A stretch of DNA of 64,000 nt from an uncultured virus (IMG/VR IMGVR_UViG_3300012665_001179) (Duplodnaviria > Heunggongvirae > Uroviricota > Caudoviricetes), in the IMG/VR virus record IMGVR_UViG_3300012665_001179; one strand, written 5' to 3'. The notes under the pieces were generated by a model that saw only the letters and a list, made by a program, of their open reading frames with translations, did not search any database and was not told where the DNA came from. The translations under genes were made by a program, and so were the position numbers. How positions within the stretch are numbered: position 1 is the first letter of the stretch; every line of letters starts with the position of its first letter. Positions 1 through 10,083 of this stretch are shown here, one piece after another.

Positions 1-830
1 TTTTCAACCATCCAACGACCGTTAGAATCTGTATCTAAGTCAAATGTACCAGCAGTAGTTGTACCTACTTGAGCACCAACTTTAGCGGTTGTATAGATTG
101 TACGGATAACTTCACGGTTGATCTCAGCAAGAATTTCTGTTGAGAGGATGTTGCTTAATTCGGTTTCTGCGTCTAGACCATGAACTGCTTTCAAGTCTTG
201 TGCAAGTTCCATTGAGTATTCTGCCTTCAAAGCACGTGTCTTTGCAGTTACAGAAACTTTCTCAATTGAGAATGCCATTTCTTGGAATGTCAAATCTTCA
301 GCAACCGAAGTAGCCATAGCTTGACCAGTTGCAACTGTCGAAGCAAATACGTTTTGTGAACCGAATGCTGTGTTAGCAGCAAGTGAAACTGCGGTATGGG
401 ACAATTTGTCGCCAGACCATGCTGTGTTAGCCTCATTGTAGAATGCTTCAGCAGCACCAGCAGCAACGTTTTGTGATGCATAGGTTGAACGCATTGCGAA
501 GATCAAACCTGTAGGACCTGTCATTGGCTGAACACCGCAGATGTCATAAGCGATCAGGTTTGGTAATGAACGGCGAACTAAAGAAATCAGGATTGGATCA
601 AAACCAGCAACAGGACCTACGGCAGCAGAACCACCGGAGAAACCTGTACCACCCAATGAATTGGTTGGTGCTGTCTCTTGAAGCATTTGACCTGATTTTT
701 GCATCTCTTGAGCTTGGTTCTCAAGAATAACTGCTGTAACTGCCTTACGATATGGATCTTTAATCGCTGGCAAATCTGGGTGGTCGAGTACGCCTTCCCA
801 TTTCTTTTGTAAATTTTCAGAAAGATACAT
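1..830 (-). CDS. gp23: Major capsid protein (T4 gp23 family), 3'-truncated by the window edge
   Basis: Absent from the ORF track because it runs off the edge. Translated by hand from ATG at 830: MYLSENLQKKWEGVLDH...FDPILISLVRRSLPNLIAYDICGVQPMTGPTGLIFAMRS...FSIEKVSVTAKTRALKAEYSMELAQDLKAVHGLDAETELSNILSTEILAEINREV, the canonical gp23 motifs. Possible maturation cleavage after LQE (residue 52). Confidence 0.98.
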   Translation of the reverse strand, partial: MYLSENLQKKWEGVLDHPDLPAIKDPYRKAVTAVILENQAQEMQKSGQMLQETAPTNSLGGTGFSGGSAAVGPVAGFDPILISLVRRSLPNLIAYDICGVQPMTGPTGLIFAMRSTYASQNVAAGAAEAFYNEANTAWSGDKLSHTAVSLAANTAFGSQNVFASTVATGQAMATSVAEDLTFQEMAFSIEKVSVTAKTRALKAEYSMELAQDLKAVHGLDAETELSNILSTEILAEINREVIRTIYTTAKVGAQVGTTTAGTFDLDTDSNGRWMVE

Positions 831-851
831 CTTTAAATCTCCTTAGTTTTA

Positions 852-1904
852 TTAAATTTTTGTTTTTGAAATTGCTTGCATTACTGAAGCGACATATGGA
901 TCAGCAGCTGCTGTTTTCTTTTCGCCTGCTTCAGCATCTTCTACCTGTTCGTGTAATTGCTTCTCATTGGCTTTTACAATGCCAGATGGGAAATAGTTTT
1001 CACGGATTGTTTCAAGTTTCTCAGTGAATTCTTCCTCTGTGGAAAATTCTACACTCTCTGCGAGTGATTTGATTTTTTCAACTTGAGTTGCCGTTAAACC
1101 TTCACAAACGGTACGAACGATATCTGTCTTTGTAGATTCTACAAGAGCTTTCTTGTATTCGATACCACGCTCAATCTCTTCATTGAGTTTGGTTTCTAAA
1201 TCTTCTACTTTACCAGAAAGTTCATCAACTAGGTCGACCTTGTCTTCTGGAACATCGATATAATGTTCAGCAAACAGATTGCGTAAACCTGCGATAAACT
1301 CTTCAGTTAACTCTGAACGTAAACCAGATTCGATAGCGATTTGATTCTCTTCAACCCACTGTTCAACAACGTAGTTGAGGTAGTCATCAACCTTCTCGGT
1401 TAATTCTGATTTAACAGCTTCAACAGCTTCTTCTAACATAGAAGAGTATTGTGCTTCAATTTGATCTTCAATTTGAGCAACACGGTCAGTAACACGTGCT
1501 TCAAAAATTGTAGCTACTTTAGATTTGAAGTCTTCAGAAATGGTAGAATCATCGGCAAATAAGGCATCAACATCTTCCTTCATTTGCTCTTTCATCTTAT
1601 GTTTCATTTCTTTCTTAGCTTCCAAAACGACTTCTTCATCTTCAACTTCTACGTCTTCTTTTTTCATCTTCAACTGAGTATCAGGAGAAGCATCAGAAGG
1701 CTTAGTTGTTGGAGCTGTAGCACTCTTAGCTGCTTTGGTTGTATCCAATTTAGCAGAATCATCGTCTGGTTTGTAATTCTGAGGGGTAGGACCACCAACA
1801 TCTACTTCAGTAGATGGTAGTTTTTGAGGAGGCATTGCGGATGCTTTTGACTTGCTACCAGACAAAATATCAGCTGCTGCTTCCATAAGTTTATTTGTTG
1901 CCAT
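852..1904 (-). CDS. gp22: Prohead core scaffold protein (T4 gp22 family)
   Basis: Acidic coiled-coil protein with FKSKVATIFEA, VDDYLNYVVEQW, AIESGL and F..KLETIRENYF motifs; lies between gp21 and gp23. Confidence 0.93.
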   Translation of the reverse strand: MATNKLMEAAADILSGSKSKASAMPPQKLPSTEVDVGGPTPQNYKPDDDSAKLDTTKAAKSATAPTTKPSDASPDTQLKMKKEDVEVEDEEVVLEAKKEMKHKMKEQMKEDVDALFADDSTISEDFKSKVATIFEARVTDRVAQIEDQIEAQYSSMLEEAVEAVKSELTEKVDDYLNYVVEQWVEENQIAIESGLRSELTEEFIAGLRNLFAEHYIDVPEDKVDLVDELSGKVEDLETKLNEEIERGIEYKKALVESTKTDIVRTVCEGLTATQVEKIKSLAESVEFSTEEEFTEKLETIRENYFPSGIVKANEKQLHEQVEDAEAGEKKTAAADPYVASVMQAISKTKI

Positions 1905-1929
1905 TAGGAATCTCCTTTTTTTATTTCTT

Positions 1930-1937
1930 TATTTATA
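1930..1937 (-). promoter_or_regulatory. T4-type late promoter TATAAATA upstream of gp22
   Basis: Plus-strand tatttata at 1930-1937 is an exact match to the T4 gp55 late promoter consensus, intergenic, 26 nt upstream of the gp22 start. Confidence 0.8.
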
Positions 1938-1940
1938 AAA

Positions 1941-2591
1941 TTACAGTTTTCTTAAAAAATTCTCGAATAAATGAAGAGCAACTTCTTCTACTTGTTTAGA
2001 AGAGGCAGTTCTTATTTGTCTCTTTGCATTGTCGATGTCGCACTCTACATAACGACCTTCAACAAATAACCATTCTTTATTTTCCATGATACCTTGTACA
2101 AAAGCACCAGGTGCCGAAGGATCAGCAACGATATCTGCGGCTGTCGCTAAACGAAAGTCGTCCTGAACGATATTGTATCCCTCTTTAGCTTGAACCAAAG
2201 AACCCATACCACGAGAAGAAACGCCAAGGTTAACTCCCGAATCAATAAAGTTTTTAACGATTTGACCGTATGGTGTATCTAAGATTAATGCCTTACCGAC
2301 AAATGTGTTACCATCTTCTTTTAAGGAAACAATCTTATGTGAAACTCTTTCGAGGTTGATAGAAGGTGTATCTGGATGACCAAGTTCACCTAAAGCTCTA
2401 TTAGTTTCAACGTACTCTTTCATATAACGAGACACTTCATTACGAAGTGTTTCCATCTTATAGTAACGTCTATTTCTATTAGGTTCATCGCCTACTAGAA
2501 AACGACCTTCAATATAAAGATTCTTCTTACCTGATTCGGTTGTCTCAGTGAGATAGTTTACATTCTCGACAACTTCTTTTATTAATTTCAT
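1941..2591 (-). CDS. gp21: Prohead protease (T4 gp21 family)
   Basis: NRNRRYY, ALGELGHP, INLERVSH, GVSSRGMGSL and DIVADPSAPGAFV motifs. Confidence 0.97.
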   Translation of the reverse strand: MKLIKEVVENVNYLTETTESGKKNLYIEGRFLVGDEPNRNRRYYKMETLRNEVSRYMKEYVETNRALGELGHPDTPSINLERVSHKIVSLKEDGNTFVGKALILDTPYGQIVKNFIDSGVNLGVSSRGMGSLVQAKEGYNIVQDDFRLATAADIVADPSAPGAFVQGIMENKEWLFVEGRYVECDIDNAKRQIRTASSKQVEEVALHLFENFLRKL

Positions 2592-2600
2592 TTTAATTCC

Positions 2601-2978
2601 TTAGAATTCTAAAGGTGTAGGATAATCAGCTGTCTTAGACACCTGAAGTATCAGAGTGCCTGCTGTACCTGAATTTGTTACGTAAATGTTTGCAGTAGAT
2701 GTATTTGAGATTGCAATATCACCTTGTGTTAATGGTAAGAAATTATTACCAACCAATTGCAATACTATTACTCCAGTATCATCATTACCTCTATAAACAG
2801 TCCAAATACCATCAGTTGACGAAATTGCAGTTGTAATACTTGCTGACGTAACTATTTCTGCAACTGGACTAGCTGTTGGCTCTGTTGAAAGTGCTGTTAG
2901 ATTAATACGTGTAGGGGTATTACCCGTTACAGTAATGACAGACTTCGAACGTCTTGCGTTTACAATGTTGTATGCCAT
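2601..2978 (-). CDS. Hypothetical protein, beta-rich, probably virion structural
   Basis: 125-aa Thr/Ser/Val-rich ORF tightly packed within the head operon; no family recognised. Confidence 0.6.
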   Translation of the reverse strand: MAYNIVNARRSKSVITVTGNTPTRINLTALSTEPTASPVAEIVTSASITTAISSTDGIWTVYRGNDDTGVIVLQLVGNNFLPLTQGDIAISNTSTANIYVTNSGTAGTLILQVSKTADYPTPLEF

Positions 2979-2979
2979 G

Positions 2980-3420
2980 TTATCTTATTCCCATTGATTT
3001 TCGGCGGCGCATTGACATCTTTCTTTTCAGTAAAGTTCTTGTCAACTTAGCACGACCTTTTGTTTTCCAATATCTTTTAAGTGCTCTTTGCTTATGAATT
3101 CTTTGAGTAGCAGATATACGTTTAACTGAGCTACCTGATATTCTATAACCTTTAACTGCTGATCTACGAACATTACGTTGAACAACAATTTTTCCTTTCG
3201 AATCACGGCGAATTCTTCTACGAATCTTTTGAACTCTACCTACTTTAGTAACGTTTCTACTTGGAGCTTCATCTAGTAATTCTACTTCTTCATAAACACT
3301 AGAGCCAACTACTTGTTTTAATTCTTGTAGTTTATCTGAAGCGATCTCATTCAATCTATCGAATATAGATTGTTTTGCTTCAACTAACTTATTCTTAATT
3401 ATGTGATCTACAAAATTCAT
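2980..3420 (-). CDS. gp68: Prohead core protein (gp68-like)
   Basis: Acidic N-half and a very Arg/Lys-rich C-half ending KRKMSMRRRKSMGIR; position upstream of gp21. ATG at 3420 preferred over TTG at 3432. Confidence 0.7.
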   Translation of the reverse strand: MNFVDHIIKNKLVEAKQSIFDRLNEIASDKLQELKQVVGSSVYEEVELLDEAPSRNVTKVGRVQKIRRRIRRDSKGKIVVQRNVRRSAVKGYRISGSSVKRISATQRIHKQRALKRYWKTKGRAKLTRTLLKRKMSMRRRKSMGIR

Positions 3421-4210
3421 ATATCTTGTCAAAACTATCTTGTGATTCGGTTAAATTAAGAATAAACTGTCTTTGATTTTCTTCAGTTAAACTATAAAAT
3501 ACTTCTAATATTTGTTCACATACATTAGATTCCAAACGAATAGAAGTACCGTCATTCAACTGATGTTCTATTTGTTCATTCAAATCAATGGCATATTCCA
3601 TTTTCTGAATGAACGATTCTGGATTAAGTACAGCATTTACATTTGTACCAAAAGGCACCGAGAAATATTTTTTAATTTTATCATTAAAATATAAAGCAAC
3701 TTTCGTATTGTCTGGATAAAGACGTATTGCTTTTCTTCTCAAGACTAATACGAAAGGTGGTTCTTGATCGAACATACCACCTGGTATACCACCCATCCCC
3801 GTGAGTTCGTTTATAATTTCTTCTTCTGTAATCGCACGTGTAGGATCTTTTCTGACTTCATCAGGATCATACAATTTAATTCTACTCTTTCTTACTTTTC
3901 TACCTGAAGGTGATAGTTTAAAATCTGTGGTACTAATGCCGGCATAATCTTCTTTGACAGCTCTACGAGCCTGCATATTAATACTCTTATTATTGGAAAG
4001 TAAATCTACCATCTTGGTGAAAATGTTTTGAATAATAGCACGGTCAGCTTGTGTAAAATTAGGTTTGTCTTGACCCATCTTATCCAAGATTTGGTGTATT
4101 CTACTCAACTGTGCTTTGTTTGCCAAACCGGCACGAACTAAAGCATCAAACTTAGAATAGTCTGTCTTTTCTTCTTCAACGATAGATTTAAATTCGTTTA
4201 AATATTTCAT
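3395..4210 (-). CDS. Hypothetical head-module protein, possibly a prohead core/internal protein
   Basis: 271-aa ORF overlapping both neighbours, between gp67-like and gp68-like genes; many (L/I)xE motifs. Confidence 0.6.
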   Translation of the reverse strand: MKYLNEFKSIVEEEKTDYSKFDALVRAGLANKAQLSRIHQILDKMGQDKPNFTQADRAIIQNIFTKMVDLLSNNKSINMQARRAVKEDYAGISTTDFKLSPSGRKVRKSRIKLYDPDEVRKDPTRAITEEEIINELTGMGGIPGGMFDQEPPFVLVLRRKAIRLYPDNTKVALYFNDKIKKYFSVPFGTNVNAVLNPESFIQKMEYAIDLNEQIEHQLNDGTSIRLESNVCEQILEVFYSLTEENQRQFILNLTESQDSFDKIYEFCRSHN

Positions 4211-4404
4211 TCTGGTGTTTCTGTTTCTTCTGGTTCTAATTCGGTTTCTTGTTCAGGTTCTTCAGAACGATATAACGATTGTGCTATATCTTTCTTAATA
4301 AAATCTAAAGCTTCAAAAGACTTATTAGATAAAGATTGTGTAATAGCTTCTTTTGCTGCAGCTGCATTGCCTTGGGCAATTAAGTCAATAATATTATTTT
4401 CCAT
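4207..4404 (-). CDS. gp67: Small prohead core protein (gp67-like)
   Basis: 65 aa, helical N-terminus (IIDLIAQGNAAAAKEAI) and Glu-rich tail; immediately downstream of the portal gene. Confidence 0.65.
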   Translation of the reverse strand: MENNIIDLIAQGNAAAAKEAITQSLSNKSFEALDFIKKDIAQSLYRSEEPEQETELEPEETETPE

Positions 4405-4412
4405 GATATCTC

Positions 4413-6077
4413 CTACTTGGTTGTTTTATTTAGTCTAGAGGAATACTTCTCTACCTCAGAGTCTAGCATAGGTGTCATACTCTCAGAAGCACCTTCTTCT
4501 TGTGTGTTATCTTCTGGAGGATAAGCATCAGGATCAACTTGTTCTTCTTGACCTGGAACTCCTAATGCTGGTCCTATTCCTTGTTCTTCTTCTGCGTCCA
4601 TTTGTTTTTGCATGTTCTTAATATCTTCATCAGACATATGTAGAACATGCTTCTTAATCCATTCTTGTGAATAATATTTACCAATAAACGGATCTGTCAT
4701 CGTTAATAAATTAATACGTTCACGCAATAATTCTGCATCACGCAATTCAACAAAGTTATTATCTTTCTTAAAGTCGTAATAGATGGCTTCTCTAAACTCT
4801 TCCCATTCAGCTTGTGTGCAGATACCTTTTAATACTAATTGTACTTTAAGTGCATGGTCGAATATCTGAGCAAACTTATTACGAAGTCTTTGAATAAACT
4901 TTGTAAACTTAACTTCATCTCTAGTAACTTCAGTAGAACGACCTATACCAATCATACCGCCAGATTGTTGTGGCTCTAATCGTGAAAGAGGAACATTCAA
5001 TGAATTTAATAATTTGGATCTAAAATACTTAACATCTTCTAATTCGCCAAGATTTTGACCAGCTGGTAGAGTTGTAATCTCTGTACCTTTACCACCTTCA
5101 CGGCGAGGCAACCAGAAATCTTCTAACATTGACATGTGCTTACGGTCATCTCTCAGTTCACCAGTCGATGCATCGTAAACCATTTTATTTCTATACTTCA
5201 CCATAACGTCACGTAAATATTGTTCAGCTTTACCTTTTGGTAAATTACCTACGTCAATATAAAAGATTCTACGTTCTGGTGCTCTCGATAGTCTGTAAAT
5301 AACAATTGCATCTTCAATCATTCGCAATTGATTTAAAGGTTTAATTGCTTTGTGTAGATACGAAATAACAAAAGTGTTTTTTGCATCCATCAAACCTGAA
5401 TTGACATTAATTACCGCATCAGGTGCAATTCTTAAACCGTTATTAACTTGTGCAGTATATGTTTGTGTATTTGTACCTTTGTCATTATACACATAGTATT
5501 CTGCGATAGATTTGATTACATTGGCACCAGTTTTTGGATCTCGGTCTTTTTTAATCTCACGTACTTTACGAATCTTACGTGGGTCAATGTATCGTAATTC
5601 TTTAATACCTTCTTTTGGATTTGTTTCGTCAACTACGATATGATAGTAAATTCTACCATCAATATACCAACGTTTAAACAAATCATCAGCTAAGTTACTA
5701 AAATTAACCATTCGAAGAATTGTTTCAAACTCATCGATGATTTTCTTCTTAATAGAATCTGGTTGTTTTAATTTATCTACGATAATATCAACAACTTTAC
5801 CATCTTCTGTATGTGTGATTGCTTCATTAACAATCTCATCAATAGCCATCTCACATTCTGGATGATTGGCCATTTCTCTATAACGAGTAATAAGTTCGAG
5901 TTCATTACGAACCGAACCTTCTAAATCTACATACGTACCATAGTACGCATTAGAGGTAATAGTAACCGCACCGTCATCAATAGATTCGGTGGGAAGTGCA
6001 AAAGAAGCTTGCTCAGGTTGTTGAACCTGAACAATATCTTTTTTACCTAAGGTAAAACCAAAAAGTTTTATAGCCAC
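4413..6077 (-). CDS. gp20: Portal vertex protein (T4 gp20 family)
   Basis: AIDEIVNEA, WYIDGRIYYH, ELRYIDPRKI, YLHKAIKPLNQLRMIEDAIVIYRLSRAPERRIFYIDVGNLPKGKAEQY and EDFWLPRREGGKGTEITTLP motifs; GTG start. Confidence 0.98.
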   Translation of the reverse strand: MAIKLFGFTLGKKDIVQVQQPEQASFALPTESIDDGAVTITSNAYYGTYVDLEGSVRNELELITRYREMANHPECEMAIDEIVNEAITHTEDGKVVDIIVDKLKQPDSIKKKIIDEFETILRMVNFSNLADDLFKRWYIDGRIYYHIVVDETNPKEGIKELRYIDPRKIRKVREIKKDRDPKTGANVIKSIAEYYVYNDKGTNTQTYTAQVNNGLRIAPDAVINVNSGLMDAKNTFVISYLHKAIKPLNQLRMIEDAIVIYRLSRAPERRIFYIDVGNLPKGKAEQYLRDVMVKYRNKMVYDASTGELRDDRKHMSMLEDFWLPRREGGKGTEITTLPAGQNLGELEDVKYFRSKLLNSLNVPLSRLEPQQSGGMIGIGRSTEVTRDEVKFTKFIQRLRNKFAQIFDHALKVQLVLKGICTQAEWEEFREAIYYDFKKDNNFVELRDAELLRERINLLTMTDPFIGKYYSQEWIKKHVLHMSDEDIKNMQKQMDAEEEQGIGPALGVPGQEEQVDPDAYPPEDNTQEEGASESMTPMLDSEVEKYSSRLNKTTK

Positions 6078-6098
6078 AATATAATAATCCTATAGGAT

Positions 6099-6121
6099 AA
6101 AAGGAAGAGCAAAGCTCTCCC
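6099..6121 (-). terminator. Probable rho-independent terminator after gp19
   Basis: Minus strand reads GGGAGAGC-TTT-GCTCTTCC-TTTT: an 8-bp stem with one G-U pair followed by a short U tract, just after the gp19 stop. Confidence 0.65.
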
Positions 6122-6126
6122 TTCTA

Positions 6127-6672
6127 TTAAGCAACACCGTCTTCAACTGATTCCCACCATTGATATGAAAGATTCACTGTGAATTCTTCAATCGTATCGT
6201 TGGAACCCCAATCTACATCAATCGCTGATAAATCTGTTGGAAACAATCCAAGAAATTTATACCTTTTGATTGTTTCACCACTCTTTGCAAACTGTTTAAC
6301 ATCACCATCAACAGTATAACCTGTAGGTGATGCTGCAGCTGCATTACGAAGGTTTAGACTATGGCTATTTAGACCATTCATCCAACGTTCGAATGCATTA
6401 CGTATGATAAAGTCTTCATCGTTAATAACGGTGATAGACCAATCTGCAAAAGTTCTGTTACCTGCAAATTTTAATTCACGACCAAAATACTGCACAGGTA
6501 CCATGTTAACAGTTGAACCAGGTAATTGTGCAGTCTTACACATGAATGTTAATTTTGTTTGTGCTGTTCCAGGCAATGCGAATGCAGGAAACGGCATACT
6601 CACCTCAAATAAATTTGGGCGGGCACCGTCACCTTGCATCTGAGAGCGGAATTCGTTTACATTAAAAGCCAT
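6127..6672 (-). CDS. gp19: Tail tube protein (T4 gp19 family)
   Basis: GARPNLFEV, FMCKTAQLPGS, GRELKFAGNRTFADWSITVIND and IEEFTVNLSYQWW motifs. Confidence 0.96.
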   Translation of the reverse strand: MAFNVNEFRSQMQGDGARPNLFEVSMPFPAFALPGTAQTKLTFMCKTAQLPGSTVNMVPVQYFGRELKFAGNRTFADWSITVINDEDFIIRNAFERWMNGLNSHSLNLRNAAAASPTGYTVDGDVKQFAKSGETIKRYKFLGLFPTDLSAIDVDWGSNDTIEEFTVNLSYQWWESVEDGVA

Positions 6673-6693
6673 TTGTATTTTCTCCTATCTCTC

Positions 6694-6701
6694 TATTTAT
6701 T
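6694..6701 (-). promoter_or_regulatory. Late-promoter-like AATAAATA upstream of gp19
   Basis: Plus-strand tatttatt at 6694-6701, overlapping the gp18 stop, with a GGAG Shine-Dalgarno downstream. Confidence 0.55.
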
Positions 6702-8391
6702 AGAATTTTCCGACTATTTCATTGAACGCAACACCTGTACGTACTGCTACAAAGTTGAGTTGTATGAAATTAATCGAACGAGCTGGTTTAATATAAATGT
6801 CACCTACAAATTGGTTCTGATCTATAACTTCTGGTGTATTATTTGTTGTATCGCAAACAACACGGTAGTCGTAGATACCACGGCGACCTTGAATATCACG
6901 CAAGAACGGTTCTACAAGATTTACAAACTGCGCTCTTGTAAATTCATCGTTAAATTCAAATAGAGTTGAACGTGATGCCTTAGCAATTGTCTTCTCTAAG
7001 ACCAAGAATAGACGGCGAACGTTGATACGATCAAATGCTGAAGGTCTATTTTGGAATGTCTTGTCACCATAAAGAATTGTACCTTCACCAGGGAATGTAA
7101 CTACTGGATTGATACCTGCTTTATAGATTTCATCACGTTCAGATTTTTTAGGATTCCAAGAAAGCTTAACAACATTTTTGATCTGACCTCTATTCAAACC
7201 TGCTGGTGAGAACCAAGGATCTCTCTGCACATCTGTTCTTGCACATAGACCTGCAATATCACCATTTAAAGGTATCCAACGATAAACATCGCTGTATTTG
7301 TCGTATTGATATTTCCAAGCAGAATCAAAAACAACGTAAGTGCTAGGATTTGCATCTAACGCATGATTGAATAAAGCTGTAGCTTCATTACCACTATTAT
7401 CAATAACAATAGTAGAAGGAGGCGATACAAACAACATGCAATCTTTACGATCTTCAACAATATTAATTAGTGCATTAACAGTAGTACTATCTGTATATGG
7501 ACCAGCCATCAATAAAGAAATATCTACAGTATCCGAATTATTAAATAAAGCAAAAGATGTTTGTACATTAGATGTAACTGGAGCAGCATCTACTCCACCA
7601 GCTAAAGTATATGATATAACACTAGAAGCTATTACATAAGGAGCATTGTTTTTTGCGGTTACAGCTGTACCCCAATCACTACCTACTGTAGGATGTTTTA
7701 ACCACCACAAATATTTTGATTTGTTATTAATAACATCTTTATAGTAGTTTGAAGAACCGTCACTATTTTTAGCATCAGATGCTTTAGAAACAAAACCAAA
7801 TTTTTCTAATATGGTATTTGCTGTACCTGTAATTTTACCTGTAGAATCTAAAACAATTATGTGAATCTCGTCTTCTGATATATCTTCAGTGGAATTCAAG
7901 TTTGCATAATCTGAACTAGCTGGACGACTATCGAATTGGTTTTTATATGTCCAAGCTTGAAATACAGTATTATTAGCATCGCAAATTTCAATACGAATGC
8001 CATTACCTAAAGTACCTGGATATTTTGCTGCGAAAAATTGTGTTCCTGATCCGTCAGAATGATTATCTGTGTAATCAGTTTCATTTAAAATAACCGGTCC
8101 AGTACCATTATCAACCGCATTTTTTGCTGCGACTCCGACTGAACGTACTAATTTTAAATTGCTTCCATAAGCAAGGAAGTTTGCTGCTGTGAAAAACGAT
8201 GTAGATGTGTTACCGTCAGGTTTGCCAAAACGCTCAACCAACTGAAGTTCATTATTAATGGAAGTAATTTCATTAACTGGACCCCAGTTGAAATTACCGG
8301 CAAAACCACCGATAGTAGTAGCTACAGAGGGAATGACCGTTGTTAAGTCAATCTCTGAGACATTTACACCTGGTGATAATTGAAATGCCAT
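6700..8391 (-). CDS. gp18: Tail sheath protein (T4 gp18 family)
   Basis: MAFQLSPGVNVSEIDLT, FNWGP, PWFSPAGLNRGQI, GDKT, AFDRINVRRLF and IKPARSINFIQLNFVA motifs. Confidence 0.98.
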   Translation of the reverse strand: MAFQLSPGVNVSEIDLTTVIPSVATTIGGFAGNFNWGPVNEITSINNELQLVERFGKPDGNTSTSFFTAANFLAYGSNLKLVRSVGVAAKNAVDNGTGPVILNETDYTDNHSDGSGTQFFAAKYPGTLGNGIRIEICDANNTVFQAWTYKNQFDSRPASSDYANLNSTEDISEDEIHIIVLDSTGKITGTANTILEKFGFVSKASDAKNSDGSSNYYKDVINNKSKYLWWLKHPTVGSDWGTAVTAKNNAPYVIASSVISYTLAGGVDAAPVTSNVQTSFALFNNSDTVDISLLMAGPYTDSTTVNALINIVEDRKDCMLFVSPPSTIVIDNSGNEATALFNHALDANPSTYVVFDSAWKYQYDKYSDVYRWIPLNGDIAGLCARTDVQRDPWFSPAGLNRGQIKNVVKLSWNPKKSERDEIYKAGINPVVTFPGEGTILYGDKTFQNRPSAFDRINVRRLFLVLEKTIAKASRSTLFEFNDEFTRAQFVNLVEPFLRDIQGRRGIYDYRVVCDTTNNTPEVIDQNQFVGDIYIKPARSINFIQLNFVAVRTGVAFNEIVGKF

Positions 8392-8437
8392 GGTTTAATC
8401 TCCTTTTATCAGGCTTTAGTAATTCTATTTTATGTTG

Positions 8438-8445
8438 TATTTATG
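8438..8445 (-). promoter_or_regulatory. Late-promoter-like CATAAATA upstream of gp18
   Basis: Plus-strand tatttatg at 8438-8445 in the gp17-gp18 intergenic gap. Confidence 0.55.
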
Positions 8446-8448
8446 TTT

Positions 8449-10083
8449 TTAGAAATTTGAGGGAGTATATCCTTGACCCCTTATATCGTCATACCATGCC
8501 ATGCCTTTACTATCTATCGTAGGTTCTGGTTGTCCGTTATCTATAATACCTACAGGTAATAAGTCTTCTTCCGCACTCATGTTATTTTCTTCAACCAAAA
8601 CTCTACGAATATCAATATTTGTACTATCTCTAAAATAATTCTGTGCTGCCAGCCATGCAAACTGAACTAGTCCCATAACTAGGTCGTCATAATTACCTTC
8701 TTCAGCAGCATACGAATCTTTATTTCTAGCAAAAGTATTCAATTCTGCAATCGTGTCAAAGTCATTAATGATTAATTTATCAGATTCGATAAGCGTCTTT
8801 AAGTTTGCACATCCAATCTTTTTAACAGATTTAGTGGTTCTCAAACCAAAAGAAGTTGCACGTTTAAAACCACCAGATATACTTTGACCTTTAATATGAT
8901 GGTGTTCAATTTTGTAGATGTTTTCATATTCTAAGTCATAGTGTAATACATCTACCACTTGTTGACCTATATTATTCGTTTCAATTAAAGCAAAGGCCTC
9001 ATTATATCTTTTAGATAACGAATAGATGACCGTCGGAAACAATAATAAAGGCAATTTATTACTACGGTATTTTGCCACTTGTCTATACGGTATTTGAGTT
9101 ACGTCAACCACATTGATTGTAGAATAGTCTTGGTTAACGCCTTCGGAGCAGTCAACACATGAAACGTACATGTGACCTTTCTGTGGCATTTCGTAGATGT
9201 CCAGACCGTCCTCCGACTTAACTGGAGTGTGAAACGCAAGTGATCTCAACTTCACACCAGATATTAATGTTGCCGTAGAACCAATAAACTCAGTTTCAAA
9301 TTCTTGCCTAAACTGTTCTTCACTGGTATTCCGAATAGTTTCATCTCGCCACTTTGCATCTCGACCTGGAACCATCGACCAATGTACTTCAACAGGAACA
9401 TACATCGATCTCTTTTCAATTGCATCTGTCCACATCTTATAAAATTGATTCAATCCGTTAGGAGTTGAAACAATAATTACTTTAGATGTTTTACCAGAAG
9501 AGATAACAGGATACGTTGACATGAAGAATTCTTGTGCCATGTTATGTGGTACGAACGCAAACTCATCTAAGAAGATTAAGTTAAATGTACCACCACGGAC
9601 ACCAGCAGCAGAAGTTGCATATGCAAATATCTTCGAGCCGTTTTCTAGTTCTATATTACCTTTATTCCAAGTAATGATACCTTGTTGTAACCATAAAGGT
9701 AGATGTTCGTAAGCTAATTGAATTTTAGCAAGAATGTCACGTGCTAATTGACCTTTGTTTGCAAGAATACCTACAACATAATTCTCACTGAATAAAACAG
9801 ACCACAACATATAACCGACCGTTGTGGTTGTTTTTCCAACCTGTCGAGGCATTTTACATATAATGAATCGATTGTCGTTGAAGGTATTCACCATATCTTC
9901 TTGGAAATTCCACATGTCGAAAGGAACTAAGCCTTTATCAACATGAACAATCTTTACATAATTTTTAATAAAATGTACGGGGTCTTGGGAGCATTTTAGT
10001 ATTTCTGCTACCTGTTCCTCTGTGTATGAAAGTTCGACACCAACCCGTTTAAGGTTTACATTACCAAGATAACCATCATTCAT
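8449..10083 (-). CDS. gp17: Terminase large subunit (T4 gp17 family)
   Basis: Walker A (MPRQVGKTT), Walker B (LIFLDEFAF), IIVSTPNG, FRQEFETEF, and nuclease motifs VDCSEG..QDYS and YDDLVM. Confidence 0.98.
   Translation of the reverse strand: MNDGYLGNVNLKRVGVELSYTEEQVAEILKCSQDPVHFIKNYVKIVHVDKGLVPFDMWNFQEDMVNTFNDNRFIICKMPRQVGKTTTTVGYMLWSVLFSENYVVGILANKGQLARDILAKIQLAYEHLPLWLQQGIITWNKGNIELENGSKIFAYATSAAGVRGGTFNLIFLDEFAFVPHNMAQEFFMSTYPVISSGKTSKVIIVSTPNGLNQFYKMWTDAIEKRSMYVPVEVHWSMVPGRDAKWRDETIRNTSEEQFRQEFETEFIGSTATLISGVKLRSLAFHTPVKSEDGLDIYEMPQKGHMYVSCVDCSEGVNQDYSTINVVDVTQIPYRQVAKYRSNKLPLLLFPTVIYSLSKRYNEAFALIETNNIGQQVVDVLHYDLEYENIYKIEHHHIKGQSISGGFKRATSFGLRTTKSVKKIGCANLKTLIESDKLIINDFDTIAELNTFARNKDSYAAEEGNYDDLVMGLVQFAWLAAQNYFRDSTNIDIRRVLVEENNMSAEEDLLPVGIIDNGQPEPTIDSKGMAWYDDIRGQGYTPSNF

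Noticed and set aside
8449..10083. Intein or intron in terminase, portal or sheath genes
   Set aside because: gp17, gp20 and gp18 read as continuous, normal or compact ORFs with no splicing or homing-endonuclease motifs.
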